Part shown: positions 25,446 to 39,344 of the stretch, one piece after another | Position numbering within the stretch: position 1 is the first letter of the stretch | Layout: each line of letters starts with the position of its first letter | Origin: Eledone cirrhosa | Taxonomy: Eukaryota | Direction of reading: 5' to 3' | DNA: 64,000 nt | Assembly: GCA_964016885.1 (NCBI GenBank) | Contig: OZ024741.1 | Coordinates: 70,308,001 to 70,372,000 of the forward strand | Notes under the pieces: model-generated | What the model saw: only the letters and a program-made list of their open reading frames with translations | Told to the model about the DNA's origin: nothing | Database searches by the model: none | Translations under genes and position numbers: made by a program

Positions 25446-26434
25446 CATCGGATGTAAATGCTTTCATATTTTTTAATCATTAAAATCTAAATGTCTGGGT
25501 GTAATTTGTTCAACTAAATATATAATAGAGTTTGCTGATGAAATGTATTCTCTGAAATCGGGAGAGTAGATCTAAAACGTTCGGGAACCCCAGATTTAGG
25601 CCGACATTTTTTCTTCAAAGTTGAAACTTTCGACCCGAAACGATGATGGAACAGCGAGAGTTTTTTGGTTATTTTAATTTTTTATTTTATTTTTGCTGGG
25701 AGGCAGGGGGAAAAGGGAGATAGACAAATAAGGGATTTATTCTATTTACTTATATCACCTTATTTTGTGTGGTCTTGTAACAAGAATGAAGGAAAAGGAG
25801 AAGAGGAGGCCGAAGAAAATAAAACAAAAATATAGTAGGGGCAGAAGTAGATGATGATGGAGATGAAAACTTTTTAAAAAGGAGAGAAATAATAATAGTT
25901 TCTGATTTAGGCACAAGGACAACAGATTTTGGGGGAGGGGAAACGTGATGAAGTCGACTCCAGTGCGTAACTGGTACTTTATTTTATCGACCTCGTAAGG
26001 ATGAAAGGAAAAGCTAACCTCGGCGGGATTTGAACTCAGAACGCAAAAGGACGTAACTCAATACCACAAAGCATGCCGTCCGACGCTCTACCGAAACTGT
26101 CAATAATAATTATAATAATAATAATGTTTCTACTTTTGGCACAAGGCCAGCAATTACCCCAGTGCATTACTGGTGCTTTATTTTATCGACCCCATAAGGA
26201 TGATAATAATTGTTTCTACTTTTGGCACAAGGCCAGCAATTATTCCAGTGCATTACTGGTACTTCAGATAATAATGATTTCATTTATTGGCAACAAGGAT
26301 AATGATGATGACGATGTTGATAATTTCTTTGTTAGCCACACAGGGTCCTCATTAAGAAAACATTAAAGACGGTAGAGGACGGTTCAGAGTGGAGGGGTTT
26401 TTTTGTGCGTATAAAATAAAATTTGAAGAAGAAG

Positions 26435-26465
<31 letters not shown>

Positions 26466-26589
26466 GTATTAGAATAATTGTGGTGTTATACACAAATATA
26501 CTGACATTTTTGTGAAATGGTCTGATGATCTGTTTGTTAATGACAAAATTGTGAAATTACGGTTTGTTACGGCTAGAGTCAGATAGTTA

Positions 26590-27056
26590 ACTAACCAGCT
26601 AACTAGCCAGTTAACCAAATACCCAGTTACCCGACCAGTTAGCCAACCAACCGGCTAACAAACCAGCCAGTTAACTAACCAGCCAGTTAACTAACTAACC
26701 AACCAGTTAACCAGCCAGTTAACCAAACAGCCAGCAAACTACCCTGCAACCCGTTGACTAACCAGACAGCCAACCAGCCAGTCAGCTAACTAATTAACCA
26801 GCCAGCTAACTAAATAACCAGTCAGATAACTAACCAGCCAGCTAAGTAAATAACCAGTCAGATAACTAACCAGTCAGCTAACCAGCCAATCACTTAACTA
26901 ACCAGCCAGCTAACTAACTAACCAGTCAGATAACTAACCAGCCAGCTAACCAGCCAATCACTTAACTAACTAACTAACCAGCCAACCAGCTAACCAACCA
27001 GACATCTAACCAGCCTGACAGGCAACTAACCAGCCAGCCAACCAGCTAACCAACCT
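26590..27056 (+). repeat. Complex tetranucleotide satellite (AACC/AGCC/AACT/AGTT)
   Basis: Directly visible 4-nt periodicity with local higher-order duplications. Confidence 0.9.
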
Positions 27057-27334
27057 AGTACCGTATTCCCGGAGCTGACATACCGGCAATAAACTCAAAT
27101 TTGGTCTTCTCCATCTGATGATTTGTTTTGCAACTAAAATAACAGTATTTATAGTGGAAATGGTTTGAAAGATGAATGAAAAACCACCCACACATTTACA
27201 TACACCTTCTCTCTCTCTTTTTCTCTATTATATATATATATAGAGAGAGAGAGGGGGAGAGACATATATGTACATACATGCATACAAACATACACACACA
27301 CACACACACACACACATATATGTATATATGTATG

Positions 27335-27368
<34 letters not shown>

Positions 27369-27574
27369 TGCATACATATACACACACACACACACACTGG
27401 AATAGGAAGACCGAGGTTAACGTATGTTGATGCCCTAAGGACAGACACTGGTCTCTTGGAGACGCAGGACATGGCAGCGATAATGAGGGACAGAGACCGC
27501 TAGAGAGAACTCGTCCATGGATCTCAGGAATTTTACCCGCACTAGATATATATGTGTGTGTGTGTGTGTGTGTG

Positions 27575-27638
<64 letters not shown>

Positions 27639-28125
27639 CACATACATACATACACTCATACATAAATACATACATATATCACCTATCTGTGACATAAACA
27701 AATTTCCTCATTTACATTCACACAGTGACAGTGATAGTGGGCGTGGCACGTTAAACAATGTAAACTCCCACCGCCACTACCATCTCTAGTACCACCACCA
27801 CTACCACCACCACTACCATCTCTAGTACCACCACCACTACCATCACTACTACCACCACCACTACCACCACCAATAACAACAACGACACTAACACCGCCTC
27901 CCACCACCACCACCACCAAGAATATGAACAACAAAAACCACAAACACAACCACACACCCCACATATCACTCCACCACCTCCACCACCACCAACAACAACA
28001 ACAGCAATACCATCACAATCACCACAGACGTCACCGCCGCCTCCACTGCCATCACCACCACCACCATTTGACAGTTAATTGTTGATATTTTGTCACTATA
28101 TATATATATCTATCTATCTATCTAA

Positions 28126-28692
28126 GACGGGTAAAATTCCCGAGATCCATGGACGAGTTCGCTCCAGCGGTCTCTGTCCCTCATTATCGCTGCCATGTCC
28201 TGCGTCTCCAACAGACCAGTGTCTGACCATAGGGCATAACATACGTCAACCTTGGTCTTCCTCTTCCAATGTGTCCATGTAGGGGCTCCCAAAGGAGCAC
28301 TGAGTGCAATGTCAACTCTGGATGTCGGTGACATGTCCAGCTAACCTTAGTCTCCTCTGTGCCACTTTTGAGCTGACTTTTGGGATGCTCCCATACAGCT
28401 CTGAGTTTTTCATCCTCAGTGTATACTGATTAATGTTCAGAGCCATCCTCAGCATTCTCGTGTAGCACCCATCCACCATCTGAGTGAGCTTCTTGGTCAG
28501 TGTCCAAGTCTCAGACCCATACAGCAGCACAGACTCCACTACAGCAATGAAGAGGCGGATTTTCAGGTCTCTACGAAGGTCCGACTTCCACACCGATCTC
28601 AAGCTGTGGCACGCCGCCCAGGCCTTGCTCTTCCTCTCAACCACATCATCTTCCGTATTCCCAATCTTTGCTCCCAAATACAGGAAGTCCTC
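28126..28692 (-). pseudogene. RTE-type LINE 3' fragment
   Basis: EDFLYLGA, KIRLFIAVVESVLLYGSETWTLTK, YTRMLRMALNI, RRLRLAGH, DRDRWS. An inverted partial copy lies at 27398-27539. Confidence 0.9.
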
Positions 28693-28766
28693 AATATATA
28701 TATATACGTATGTATGTATATATGTATGTATGCATGTATGTATATATAATATATAATATGTATATG

Positions 28767-28812
<46 letters not shown>

Positions 28813-28819
<7 letters not shown>

Positions 28820-29255
28820 AATAAGTCAAATGTTTAAAATTTGGCTTCGTTTATTACTGCTATATATATTTCGGTGACAGCCATCCCTGGCTGTGAGCTC
28901 TTCAGGCAGTCCGAACTAGTGTGGTATATACGAGTACACTGGTTGGGTTGTTATTTCACTGATTCCAGTTCCTCAGTGAAATAACAACCCAACCAGGAGC
29001 TAGGCATATCAGTTTACTGACAAAGTTAAACACCTCAACAACATGTGTACTCGTATATACCAAACTAGTTCGGACTGCCTGAAGAGCTCACAGCCAAAGA
29101 TGGCTGTCACCGAAATATATATAGCAGTAATAAACGAAGCCAAATTTTAAACATTTGACTTATTTATTTTATTTTACATTACTCCGGAATAACCAAACCA
29201 ACCTGCGCACTTCGTCGAGTGCTCCAATCTGCATACTGGGTGTTGGTTTACAACC
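28813..29255. mobile_element. Fold-back PLE-type fragment with a hammerhead in each arm
   Basis: About 28815-28938 is the reverse complement of about 29046-29170. An internal hairpin TGGTTGGGTTGTTATTTCACTGA/TCAGTGAAATAACAACCCAACCA is also present. Confidence 0.85.
29074..29128 (+). ncRNA. Type I hammerhead ribozyme (mirror copy at 28856-28910, minus strand)
   Basis: ACUGC CUGAAGA GCUC-ACAGCC-AAAGAU-GGCUGU-CACC GAAA UAUAUA UA GCAGU. Confidence 0.85.
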
Positions 29256-29462
29256 AACATATACTGAAAAAAAAAATATATATATATATATAATTGTTTC
29301 TACTTTTGGCACAAGGCCAGCAAATACCCAGTACATTACTGGTACTTTATTTTATCGACCCCGTAAGGATGAAAGGCAAAGTTAACCTCGGCGGGATTTG
29401 AATAATATTATATATATATATATATTTATATATGTATATATATATATATGTATATACACATA

Positions 29463-29523
<61 letters not shown>

Positions 29524-29533
<10 letters not shown>

Positions 29534-29560
29534 TTTTTGGGACACCCTGTATATATATAT

Positions 29561-29595
<35 letters not shown>

Positions 29596-29668
29596 CAGGG
29601 TGTCCCAAAAAATGTATACACATTTCAACAGCATTCTAATAAATATATGTTTACATTTTAGGTGGATG

Positions 29669-29672
<4 letters not shown>
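29524..29672. mobile_element. Tc1/mariner-like terminal inverted repeat fragments (mini-MITE)
   Basis: TA-CAGGGTGTCCCAAAAAATGTATA occurs in both orientations. A related mini element lies at 47067-47144. Confidence 0.6.
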
Positions 29673-29718
<46 letters not shown>

Positions 29719-29724
<6 letters not shown>

Positions 29725-29864
29725 AAAAAGAGATGAAATCGAAAATGCAACTGAAGTCTTATTTTTTTTAAAAATATATATATTTTAAAATATTTTAAAA
29801 TATATATATTTTTAAAAAAAATAAGACTTCAGTTGCATTTTCGATTTCATCTCTTTTTCTTTAT
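29719..29864. repeat. Spacerless palindrome of about 145 bp
   Basis: AAAGAAAAAGAGATGAAATCG...AAAAT|ATTTT...CGATTTCATCTCTTTTTCTTT, following (TA)n. Confidence 0.9.
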
Positions 29865-29920
29865 ACTTCCACTCGTGTAGGACACCTCGGTTATTTTTTA
29901 TTTTGTAAAAAAAACCTCAC

Positions 29921-29988
<68 letters not shown>

Positions 29989-30172
29989 GATATATTAACA
30001 AATGGAAACAATATTTATAAAACCATATTTATTTCATTATACATATTTCAAGGACACCAAGTTAAATTATGGTGTGCTTTCATCAGATAAAATATAATAT
30101 AGATCAGTTTTATAAATAAATATTGACATACCCTTAAAGAATGCGACCATTATTGTTGGAAGCTCCCGGATA

Positions 30173-30211
<39 letters not shown>

Positions 30212-30295
30212 TAAAAAGGAAAAGAAAATGCTGACAGATTTTTTTCCAGTGAAAAATAGTTTAATTAGGAATAAGTATAAATTAGTAATAAGTAA

Positions 30296-30484
30296 TTGTT
30301 TGTACATTTGGCACAAGGCCAGCAAATACCCAGTGCATTACTGGTACTTTATTTTATCGACCCCGTAACGATAAAAGGCAAAGTTAACCTCGGCTGGATT
30401 TGAACTCAGATCATAAAGAGCCGTAACTCTATGTTACAAAGCATGGCGTCCGACCCTCTACCGATACTGCCAACACACCGCCCT
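30296..30484 (-). mobile_element. Nin/Deu-domain SINE inserted into a PLE-like repeat
   Basis: Full SINE body. AGTAATAAGTAAT occurs on both sides (30284 and 30491), resembling a target-site duplication. Confidence 0.75.
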
Positions 30485-31147
30485 CACCATAGTAATAAGT
30501 AATGGTTAGTATTCAGTGTTAGTTTTAAGTTATATATATATATATAAATATATTTCATACTAAACTTCCCCACATAACTAATCTTTTTGTTGATGTTTTC
30601 TTCATGGTGGTGGTGGTGTTGGGGTTGTTGATAGTGCTGGTATCGTTGTTGATGGTGGTGGCGGTGGTGGTAGTGGTGGTGATGGTGATGATAATGATAG
30701 TGGTGGTAGTGGTCATGGTGATGTTGGTAGTCGTGGCGGTGTTGGTAGTGCTTTCGTTGGGGATGTTTTGTTGTTGTTGTTGTTGTTGTTGTCGGTGGTG
30801 ATGTCGTTCTTGTTGTTGTTGGTGTTGTTTTCGTTGCCGTCGCCGTCGATGTTGCCGTCGTCGTCATCGTTGTTGTTGTCGTTCTTGTTGGTGATGTCGT
30901 TGTTGTCGTTGTTGGTGTTGTTGTTGTTGTTCCCAAGCTATGCAATGGCACTACAACAAATTTTGTCTGCTTTAGAAATATAACTTAGTTCCTTTATTTA
31001 CTCAAAGATAGTCAACTGGTAGACTCATCACTGGAAAAGGTGAGTGTCGGGTGAGAGATAGATAGAGGGCGGGAGAAGGGAATGACACGGAGGGAGAAAG
31101 AGAGAGAGAGGGGGAGAGAGAGAGACACATAGAGAGGGAAAGACCTA

Positions 31148-31179
<32 letters not shown>

Positions 31180-31242
31180 GTTCAAGGAAACAACAAACAG
31201 AGGTACAAAGTCTTATTAGTTTCACGCTTTATATGGAAAAGA

Positions 31243-31278
<36 letters not shown>

Positions 31279-31279
31279 G

Positions 31280-31310
<31 letters not shown>

Positions 31311-31417
31311 CCTCCCATAGTGTTGTTGATAAGTTGTCTACTCCAAAGAAAATATAATTTAACCATTTCTTAGATGTCAGATGAAAAACGAAGGCAAGAA
31401 ATACAAACTAATAATAA

Positions 31418-32218
31418 TTCTTTGTAAGATTGGCTCAAGGCCAGCAATTTGGAGGAGAGAGAAAAGTCTATTATATCAACCCCAGTAATTGACTAGTATT
31501 TTTTTTTTCTGTTCGACCGCGTAAGGACGAATGGCAAAGTTAACCTCGGTGGGATTTGAACTCAGAACGCAAAGGGACGTAACTCTATGCTGCAAAGCAT
31601 GGCGTCCGACCCTCTATCGATACTGCCAATCCACCGCCCTTTGCCAATCCACCTGAGAATAATAATAATATCGATTTCTGATTTAAGCACAAGGTCAACA
31701 ATTTTGAGGAAGGGAAAGCTGATTAAATCGACCCCAATGCATTACTGGTACTTTAGCCGTAACTAAATGCCATGAAGTATTTTGTGCGACCCTCTAACGT
31801 TTTTGCCAATCTACCGCTCTGAGAATAATAATAATTGTTTCTACTTTTTGGCACAAGGCCAGCAATTATCCCAGTACATTATCAATCCCGAAAGGCAAAG
31901 TTAACCTCGACAGGATTTGAATTCAGACCGCAAAGGGACGTAACTCTATGCTGCAAAGCATGGCGTCCGACCCTCTACCGATACTGCCAATCCACCTAAT
32001 ATAATATTGGTTTCTTATATAAGCACAAGGCCAGTGATTTTGGGGGAGGGGAAAGTCGATTAAATCGACCCCAGTGCGTGACTGGTACTTTATTTTATCG
32101 ACCCCGTGAGGATGAAAGGCAAAGTTAACCTCGGCGGGATTTGAACTCAGATCATAAAGGGCCGTAACTCTTTGCTGGAAAGCATGGCGTCCGACTCTCT
32201 ACCGATACTGCCAATCTC
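31418..32218 (-). mobile_element. Four tandem Nin/Deu-domain SINE copies
   Basis: Same SINE consensus repeated head-to-tail and separated by (AAT)n. Confidence 0.85.
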
Positions 32219-32545
32219 CTTATAATATATAACCAGCAATTTCTCTGTCTGTCTGTCCGACAGTGGAAACACGTGCGCGTGTGCGAATGTTTTTTGTGCA
32301 CGCGTAGAGAGAGAGTGAGAGTGAAAGAAAGAGACAGACTACAAGAGGGGGATAGCGGGAGAGAGGGGGGAATTGAGGAGTGCTACAGAAACATATATAC
32401 ATTTCTGTGTGCGTGTAATATATATATATATATACACACACAGAAATATATATATATATACACACAGAAATATATATACATTTCTGTGTGTGTAATATAT
32501 ATATATATATACACACAGAAATATATATACATTTCTGTGTGTGTG

Positions 32546-32576
<31 letters not shown>

Positions 32577-32680
32577 GAAATATATATATATACATTTCTG
32601 TGTGTGTAATATATATATATACTAGCAGAAAATCACCCGGTAGGCGGTTTTCTGCTAGTCCACCTAATATAATATTAATA

Positions 32681-32980
32681 TCTATATATCTAAAACAGAG
32701 AATGTCTGTCTGTCTGTCTGTCTGTCAGCTCACTAAAACTCGAGAACCACCCAACCGAATGTTTTCAAACTTTACACATGTAATACTTATGATCCTGTGA
32801 GTGTTTTGAGAAAAAAATTTGTTAAATGTTCACTGCCCTAGGGACCGCATTAGGCGATCTAGCGATCTCTCTCTATAATTCTTAGTCTTCCTCTGTTTAG
32901 ATAGATACGTAGATATAACGTTGCGCCCTTATAATATCTGTCTGTATGTCTGGCTGTCTAAATTACGATATTATGAGGCG

Positions 32981-33015
<35 letters not shown>

Positions 33016-33347
33016 GTGTGTGTACCGTTTTTCGAAATATTTACTTCTGCGTTCACAGATTGATTTTTTTAGTTTCAGAAGATCCCGTTAAGGATGAAAG
33101 CAGCGATTCTTTGCTTAAACTTTAATCTGTTGTTTTAATATATATATATATATATATAATTATATATTCGTGTACAGATATTTTTGCATACACAATAACA
33201 AAATATAAACAAAAGTATTTATTTCGCGATAAAGTATTGATTTTCTTCGCACGAAAAAAAACTCTGGTATTCTACGACGAATTTTTTTATAAGCACAAAA
33301 TGTAGACACCATCCCGAGGCCGGGGTATTCCGTACTTCTCTGTACTG

Positions 33348-33424
<77 letters not shown>

Positions 33425-33616
33425 AAAAAGTACGACCACGACGGCAGAGCTCAAGCCGTTTCGACGGCTATTTCTGGATTGAAAGAAATAGCCGTCGAAA
33501 CGGCTTGAGCTCTGCCGTCGGGGTCATACTTTTTCCTATTTCCCACTCTACTACCCTAAGTATTGAGTACTCTGATGCGTTATGGTCCATCTGGTTCCTT
33601 ACCACAATTCCTTTGT

Positions 33617-33652
<36 letters not shown>

Positions 33653-34104
33653 GTTACAGGAATAACCAAAGAGTGCTTAGAAATACATTGTTTTATTAGC
33701 TAATAGTGTTTCATCCATACACCATGGCAGGAATCCTCAGAGCCTATAAACATGTAGTAGTTGCATGCAACTGTTAGGTAATAAAACAATGTATTTCTAA
33801 GCACTCTTTGGTTATTCCTATAATTATAACGGCTCTGTAGTATACTAGTTATCCTACATTGAGCTAAAACCACACTGTCATACCAAGGGCAATATATTTA
33901 CATGCCTGGGCATATTGATATATTTGTCAACGAAATATATATATATATATATAATTATATATTCGTGTACAGATATTTTTGCACACACAATAACAAAATA
34001 TAAACAATCGTATTTATTTCACGAGGCTCGATAAGAATAAATATATATCAAATATATAAGAACCCTAGAGCAAATCCCAAGCAATTCCGGGCCATTCTGC
34101 TAAT
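32681..34104 (+). mobile_element. Helitron-like element with nested insertions
   Basis: 5' TCTATATATCTAAAACAGAGAAT(GTCT)n and 3' CCCAAGCAATTCCGGG...CTGCTA. Internal CCCTAGGGACCGCATTAGG is shared with 58083-58102. Linkage of the two ends is inferred. Confidence 0.5.
33697..33745 (-). ncRNA. Type I hammerhead-like motif inside an inverted repeat (33658-33819)
   Basis: GGCU CUGAGGA UUCC-UGCCAUGGUGUAU-GGAU GAAA CACUA UU AGCU. Confidence 0.6.
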
Positions 34105-34370
34105 ATATGCTAAATCCTTTGAATTAGACGGGCAGAAGTTTGTTATATACTAAATAATTATTGGCAGTATCGGTAGAGAGTCGGACACCATGCTTTGAAG
34201 CATAGAGTTACGCCCCTTTACGGTCTGAGTTCAAATCCCGCCGAGGTTACTTTGCCTTTCATCCTTACGGGGTCGATAAAATAAAGTACCAGTAATACTC
34301 TGGGTAATTGCTGGCCTTGTGCCAAAAGTAGAAACAATTATTAAATAAAATAAAATATTTTAAAAAAATG

Positions 34371-34450
<80 letters not shown>

Positions 34451-34698
34451 CATTGACGACCTGTATCTTGACGGCATGTGAACTTCATTGGAAGCGAAAC
34501 CATACTTAAAAAATTGAAAGTGAAATTCTTTCTCACGGACGATACCTGCTCAGATGTCTTCCTTCAGTTGCTTTAATAAAAGGGGACTAATACATTTATA
34601 GATAATAGTTTAAATAGAGATACGCCACACATTGTATTACACCCATTTTCACTGCAGCAAGAACGTATAGGGGATACATTTTCAACATTTTAAATTCG

Positions 34699-34996
34699 TA
34701 TACTAACCTGGAGGCAGCCCTCATTGGCTTCGTAAGTCTCGCGAGACTGATAATGTTGTATTACTAGCCTCGGGGCAGCCCTCATGAGCTTCGTAAGTCT
34801 TACGGGACTGATAAGGTCGTATTACTAGCCTGGAGGCAGCCCTCATGAGCTTCGTAAGTCCTGCGAGACTGTTAAGGTTGTATTACTAACCGTGATGCAG
34901 CCCTCATGAGCTTCGTAAGCCCTGTGTGACTTATGAGGTTGTATTACTAGCCTGGAGGAAGCCTTTATTAGCTTCGCAAATCCTGCGAGATTGATG
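34699..34996 (+). repeat. About 60-bp tandem repeat, 5 diverged copies
   Basis: Unit approximately TATTACTAGCCTGGAGGCAGCCCTCATGAGCTTCGTAAGTCCTGCGAGACTGATAAGGTTG. Confidence 0.9.
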
Positions 34997-35319
34997 AAAC
35001 TGCATCTTATGGGGGGGGGGGGTATTTTAATGATAGAGGTGTAAGTTCTATTACATCACCCTTTCCCAGCGACAGGAGGCGGGATTTGAACTCTGAATGC
35101 ACAAAACCAAAATCAAGCAATGCGAGGCATTAATTTCGATGCTCTAACGACTCTGCCAATGTGACACGTTGCACCAACATTCGACAGGTTTTTATTATAA
35201 TTTACGGGGTCGAATAAAGTAAAATATAAATAAAGTATAACGCACTCGGGTTATTTAATCGACTTCCCCTCCCCCAGACTGTTGGCCTTGCGCCTAAATC
35301 AGAAACCATTATTTATTTA

Positions 35320-35512
35320 GGGCGGTGGATTGGCAGTATCGGTAGAGGGTCGGACGCCATGCTTTCCAGCATAGTTATGTCCCTTTACGATCTGAGTTCA
35401 AATCCCGCCGAGGTTGACTTTGGCTTTCATCCTTACGGGGTCGATAAAATAAAGTACCAGTAATGTACTGACTGGGTAATTGCTGGCCTTGTGCCTAAAG
35501 TAGAAACAATTA
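35320..35512 (+). mobile_element. Near-full-length tRNA-derived SINE with Nin/Deu-like domain
   Basis: A-box-like TGGCAGTATCGGT, B box GAGTTCAAATCCC, body GCTTTCATCCTTACGGGGTCGATAAAAT. Further copies at 25895-26102, 34160-34342, 35530-36050, 41105-41310, 46338-46440, 57888-58010 and 58654-58837. Confidence 0.85.
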
Positions 35513-36651
35513 ATTATTTATTTATTTATTGAGGTGGCGAAATAGCAGAGTCGTTAGTGGCATAGGATTAAAAATTCTTCGGTATTCGTTCAGACTCACT
35601 GCGCTTTCAGTTCAAATCTCACCGAGGTCAACTTTGCTTTTCATCATTTCGAGGTCGATAAATAAAACAAAAATCCAGTGTTGGGTTCGATTCTTCCTCT
35701 CTCTCCTTTTCGGGAAGAAATCGGTTATGTTACCACCTGGAGTGGAATGGACTCTACTAGGTTCAAAATGCCAAAGATACGCTTGTGCCATGACGGCGCC
35801 CCTACCAGTTCATCATGAGTCAAGGGCACTTTATCATTGAAGGCGATGCGTTGGCAGAATCGTTAATGCGTTGGACAAAATGCTGGGAGGTATTTCATCT
35901 CTTTACATTCTGAGTTCAAGTCAAATTTACCTTTTATAATTTCGTGGTCGATAAAATAAAGTACTAGTCACGTACTGCTGGGGTAGATATAATCGACTTT
36001 CCCTTCTCCTCAAACTGCTGGCCTTATCCCTGAGTTACAAATTAGAAACAACTATTTATTGATTGATTGAGCCAGAGGTGGGAGGGAAGCCGTTTCTATG
36101 GTCCTCATAGGCCCAGTATAACCAGTATGATAAATACAGCTAACGTTTCTTTTGAATAATTGGAAATCAACAGCTACTGGAAAGACATTTTCAGAAATAG
36201 AATTACTGAGGGGCCACGTTTAGAAATGAAGGAATGGGCATAATGGGTAGTGCATGGATTGGAGGAATAGGCACGGGATTTCTAGACAGTGCAACAACCT
36301 TCAATATTGAGAAATTGAGACGTGGTCTGACACTTTCCGGTTTAACGTGTTTCCAATTTCTGGAAAGTTTCGTATAATTGGAAGACCAGGATATGTAATG
36401 TAATAGCTTCAATGAATATATGTGTTAACAATACATTTAGACGTGTGTAGAGACATGCATGGTAAATCAATTAATACGTGAATGTGTATATATATTTATA
36501 TCTACTGACATATCTAAAAAAACACTCAAAAGCATACGCACGCACACACATATATATATATGTACATGCATATATATATATATGTACATGCATATATATA
36601 TATATATGTACATGCATATATATATATGTGTGTATACACACACACACACAG

Positions 36652-36750
<99 letters not shown>

Positions 36751-36879
36751 TGTATATATATATATATACAAACACTGGGCTCTTAGTAGTGCGCAAAGAA
36801 GGAAGAACTCAATATTTATATCATACTACATATAAGTTGATTTATTCATCGTAGATATGGTGTGAGAAAATGAATACAT

Positions 36880-36959
<80 letters not shown>

Positions 36960-38581
36960 AAGTTGGAAATAGTACGGAAAATATATTTTAGGGTCTGTTT
37001 TTCTTTTTTTTTTTCGTGCTGTGCGTTCCTCTTAGATCATGCTTAACAGAATGTTGAGATGTTTCTTGAAAACAACTACATCCACAACATGTAGAAAACA
37101 TGTACATCGGCGCTAGATTTGTTTTAGCACCTTATTAAAGAGCTGGGAGCTTTTAAACCCCAGATTATTGCAGTATCTGGTCCTTACTCTTGATGCGATG
37201 GATGGAACCTTTGGCATGACATTGTGGTGTCCTGTTCGCAGGTTGGTCCAACTCTCAATGCCAAAGTTTGATGCTAGTCATTCCAGGATATTCCATATAT
37301 ATATACATATATCACTGTGTATCTCTCACGTCTTTGTTCAACCTCTCCCAGTAGCTCATCTCCTTCATTGAGGTAATAGTTTAACTTTGTTGGATTGCTT
37401 CAATTTATGTTGTTAGTTTAACACTGTGGGTAGAGCACATGCAATAATACCCATACCTGCACATACACATACACACACACATACACAAACATGCATACGT
37501 ATTTACGTAGCTCATGTCTAAATTCCAAGAAATGAGTCGTGTTTCTATGTTAGAAACCGGCTCTCTATTGGTGAAAATTTATAAAATAATAAAACCAGAA
37601 GATCATATATACATACATATATACATACATACATGATGATGGCTGCCCCCGCGTTATCGAATATGGCCATTGCACGATATAACATTATTAATAATTATTA
37701 ATTAATTATATCGTGCAATGCCCTTGCTTGACGATTTTTTTTTAAAGTGAGGAAAGACTGTGCACTGAGCCAATCCCACTCTCTGAGGGACAGTAGCTAT
37801 AATTCGAAAAGAAGAAAAGATCAACATCATCGGTAACTACTGAGCTGCAAGTTTTATGTCGGAGTTATCCCAATTTCCTGAGTTGCCTTCTCCTTGAACA
37901 AACGTTCTCAACGGGGGGGGGGGGATATGCCACCCTCACCCGGGGGCGTTTCGGAGCTCCAGGAGGCGTTTGATGCTTTGGGGGACGCTAGAGGGGCACT
38001 GGAAGGATATTTACTTGGGTAAGTTTTATTAGCCATATTAGTACGTCTCTGTGACAGCCAGTGTGAATGCATTTGAGTGAAGAAAACGAAGAAAATAAAT
38101 AAAAGAATCTTCTTGTCAACGAATTCCCTAGGGAGATAAAAGAAAAAACCAAAGAAATTAAAGAAAATGAAAATAAGGACAACTTCAACTTTGACAACAG
38201 TTACAAGAACAACAGAAACGACAAGAAAAAGAAGCAATGGTGATGAAAAGTGTGAGTGTATGCATATACATACATACAATCATACACACACATGCATACG
38301 TACATACATACATACATACATACACATATACACACACAGGCCGGCGTTGGTGTTTGATGAGGTTGAGAACCTGGTCAGCTTTCAGCTAGAGCTGTGGTAT
38401 TTAATCTCCCTAGGTAATAAAATCTGGAGACAAAATGTTCTCCTTACCAAAGAAAAAAACATAAATCACGTCAACATCCTTACACACTTAAATATAAATG
38501 CATGTATATATACAAATGTATAAATGCATAGCTATATACATAGGTAAATGTATGTATGTATATATGTATGTAGGTATGTAG

Positions 38582-38617
<36 letters not shown>

Positions 38618-38715
38618 GAAGTAATTCCATCGGAAAAGTCCAGGAAAAAAGAGTGCTCTATGTATGCAACAGAGCTTAATTATTATTATTATGTAATAAA
38701 CAACATAAGGCAATT

Positions 38716-38778
38716 ATTCCATTTCTGAGGATTGAAAGCAAAACCTTTTGCTTTTAAGAAACCACTGGTAAATGGAAT
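38716..38778 (+). ncRNA. Type I hammerhead whose stem I is extended by an inverted repeat of about 45 bp
   Basis: AUUCCAUUU CUGAGGA UUGAAAGCAAAA-CC-UUUUGCUUUUAA GAAA CCACUGG UA AAUGGAAU. The arms span about 38679-38724 and 38770-38815. Confidence 0.8.
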
Positions 38779-38812
38779 AATTGCCTTATGTTGTTTATTA
38801 CATAATAATAAT

Positions 38813-38924
<112 letters not shown>

Positions 38925-39113
38925 TAGGATTAGGGCTCTGAAATAGCGATGTATAAATGAATATATATATAGTATATTTGGCAATATACTGTATGCTTAA
39001 TTAAAAACATTTTGAAGACCTTGCGCTATCGCTCTGTATAATCAGTTCCTGATTATTACTGGAATTCTATAAGAATCCAGCATCGATAATTTTCAACAAA
39101 CATCGGCGAGTGC

Positions 39114-39159
39114 TAAGCTCTGATGATCACCAACAGTGTAAAACAGATCTGTCAGCTTA
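39114..39159 (+). ncRNA. Hammerhead remnant (GAAA changed to AAAA) within an inverted-repeat element at about 38955-39290
   Basis: UAAGCU CUGAUGA UCAC-CAACA-GUGU AAAA CAGAUCUG UC AGCUUA. Helix III is the palindrome ACAGAUCUGU. Confidence 0.75.
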
Positions 39160-39282
39160 TCTCCCTTTGTTTGTTGAAAAAAGAAGTAAGTGACATAGTC
39201 ACTACTTTAAAATAATAGCGCAAGGTCTTCAAAATGTTTTTAATTAAGCATACAGTATATTGCCAAATATACTATATATATA

Positions 39283-39342
<60 letters not shown>

Positions 39343-39344
<2 letters not shown>

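Noticed and set aside
25534-25565. CTGATGA...GAAA as a hammerhead
   Set aside because: There is no convincing stem II, helix III or stem I.
35320-35410. tRNA gene
   Set aside because: The A and B boxes belong to a multi-copy SINE head and no cloverleaf can be formed.
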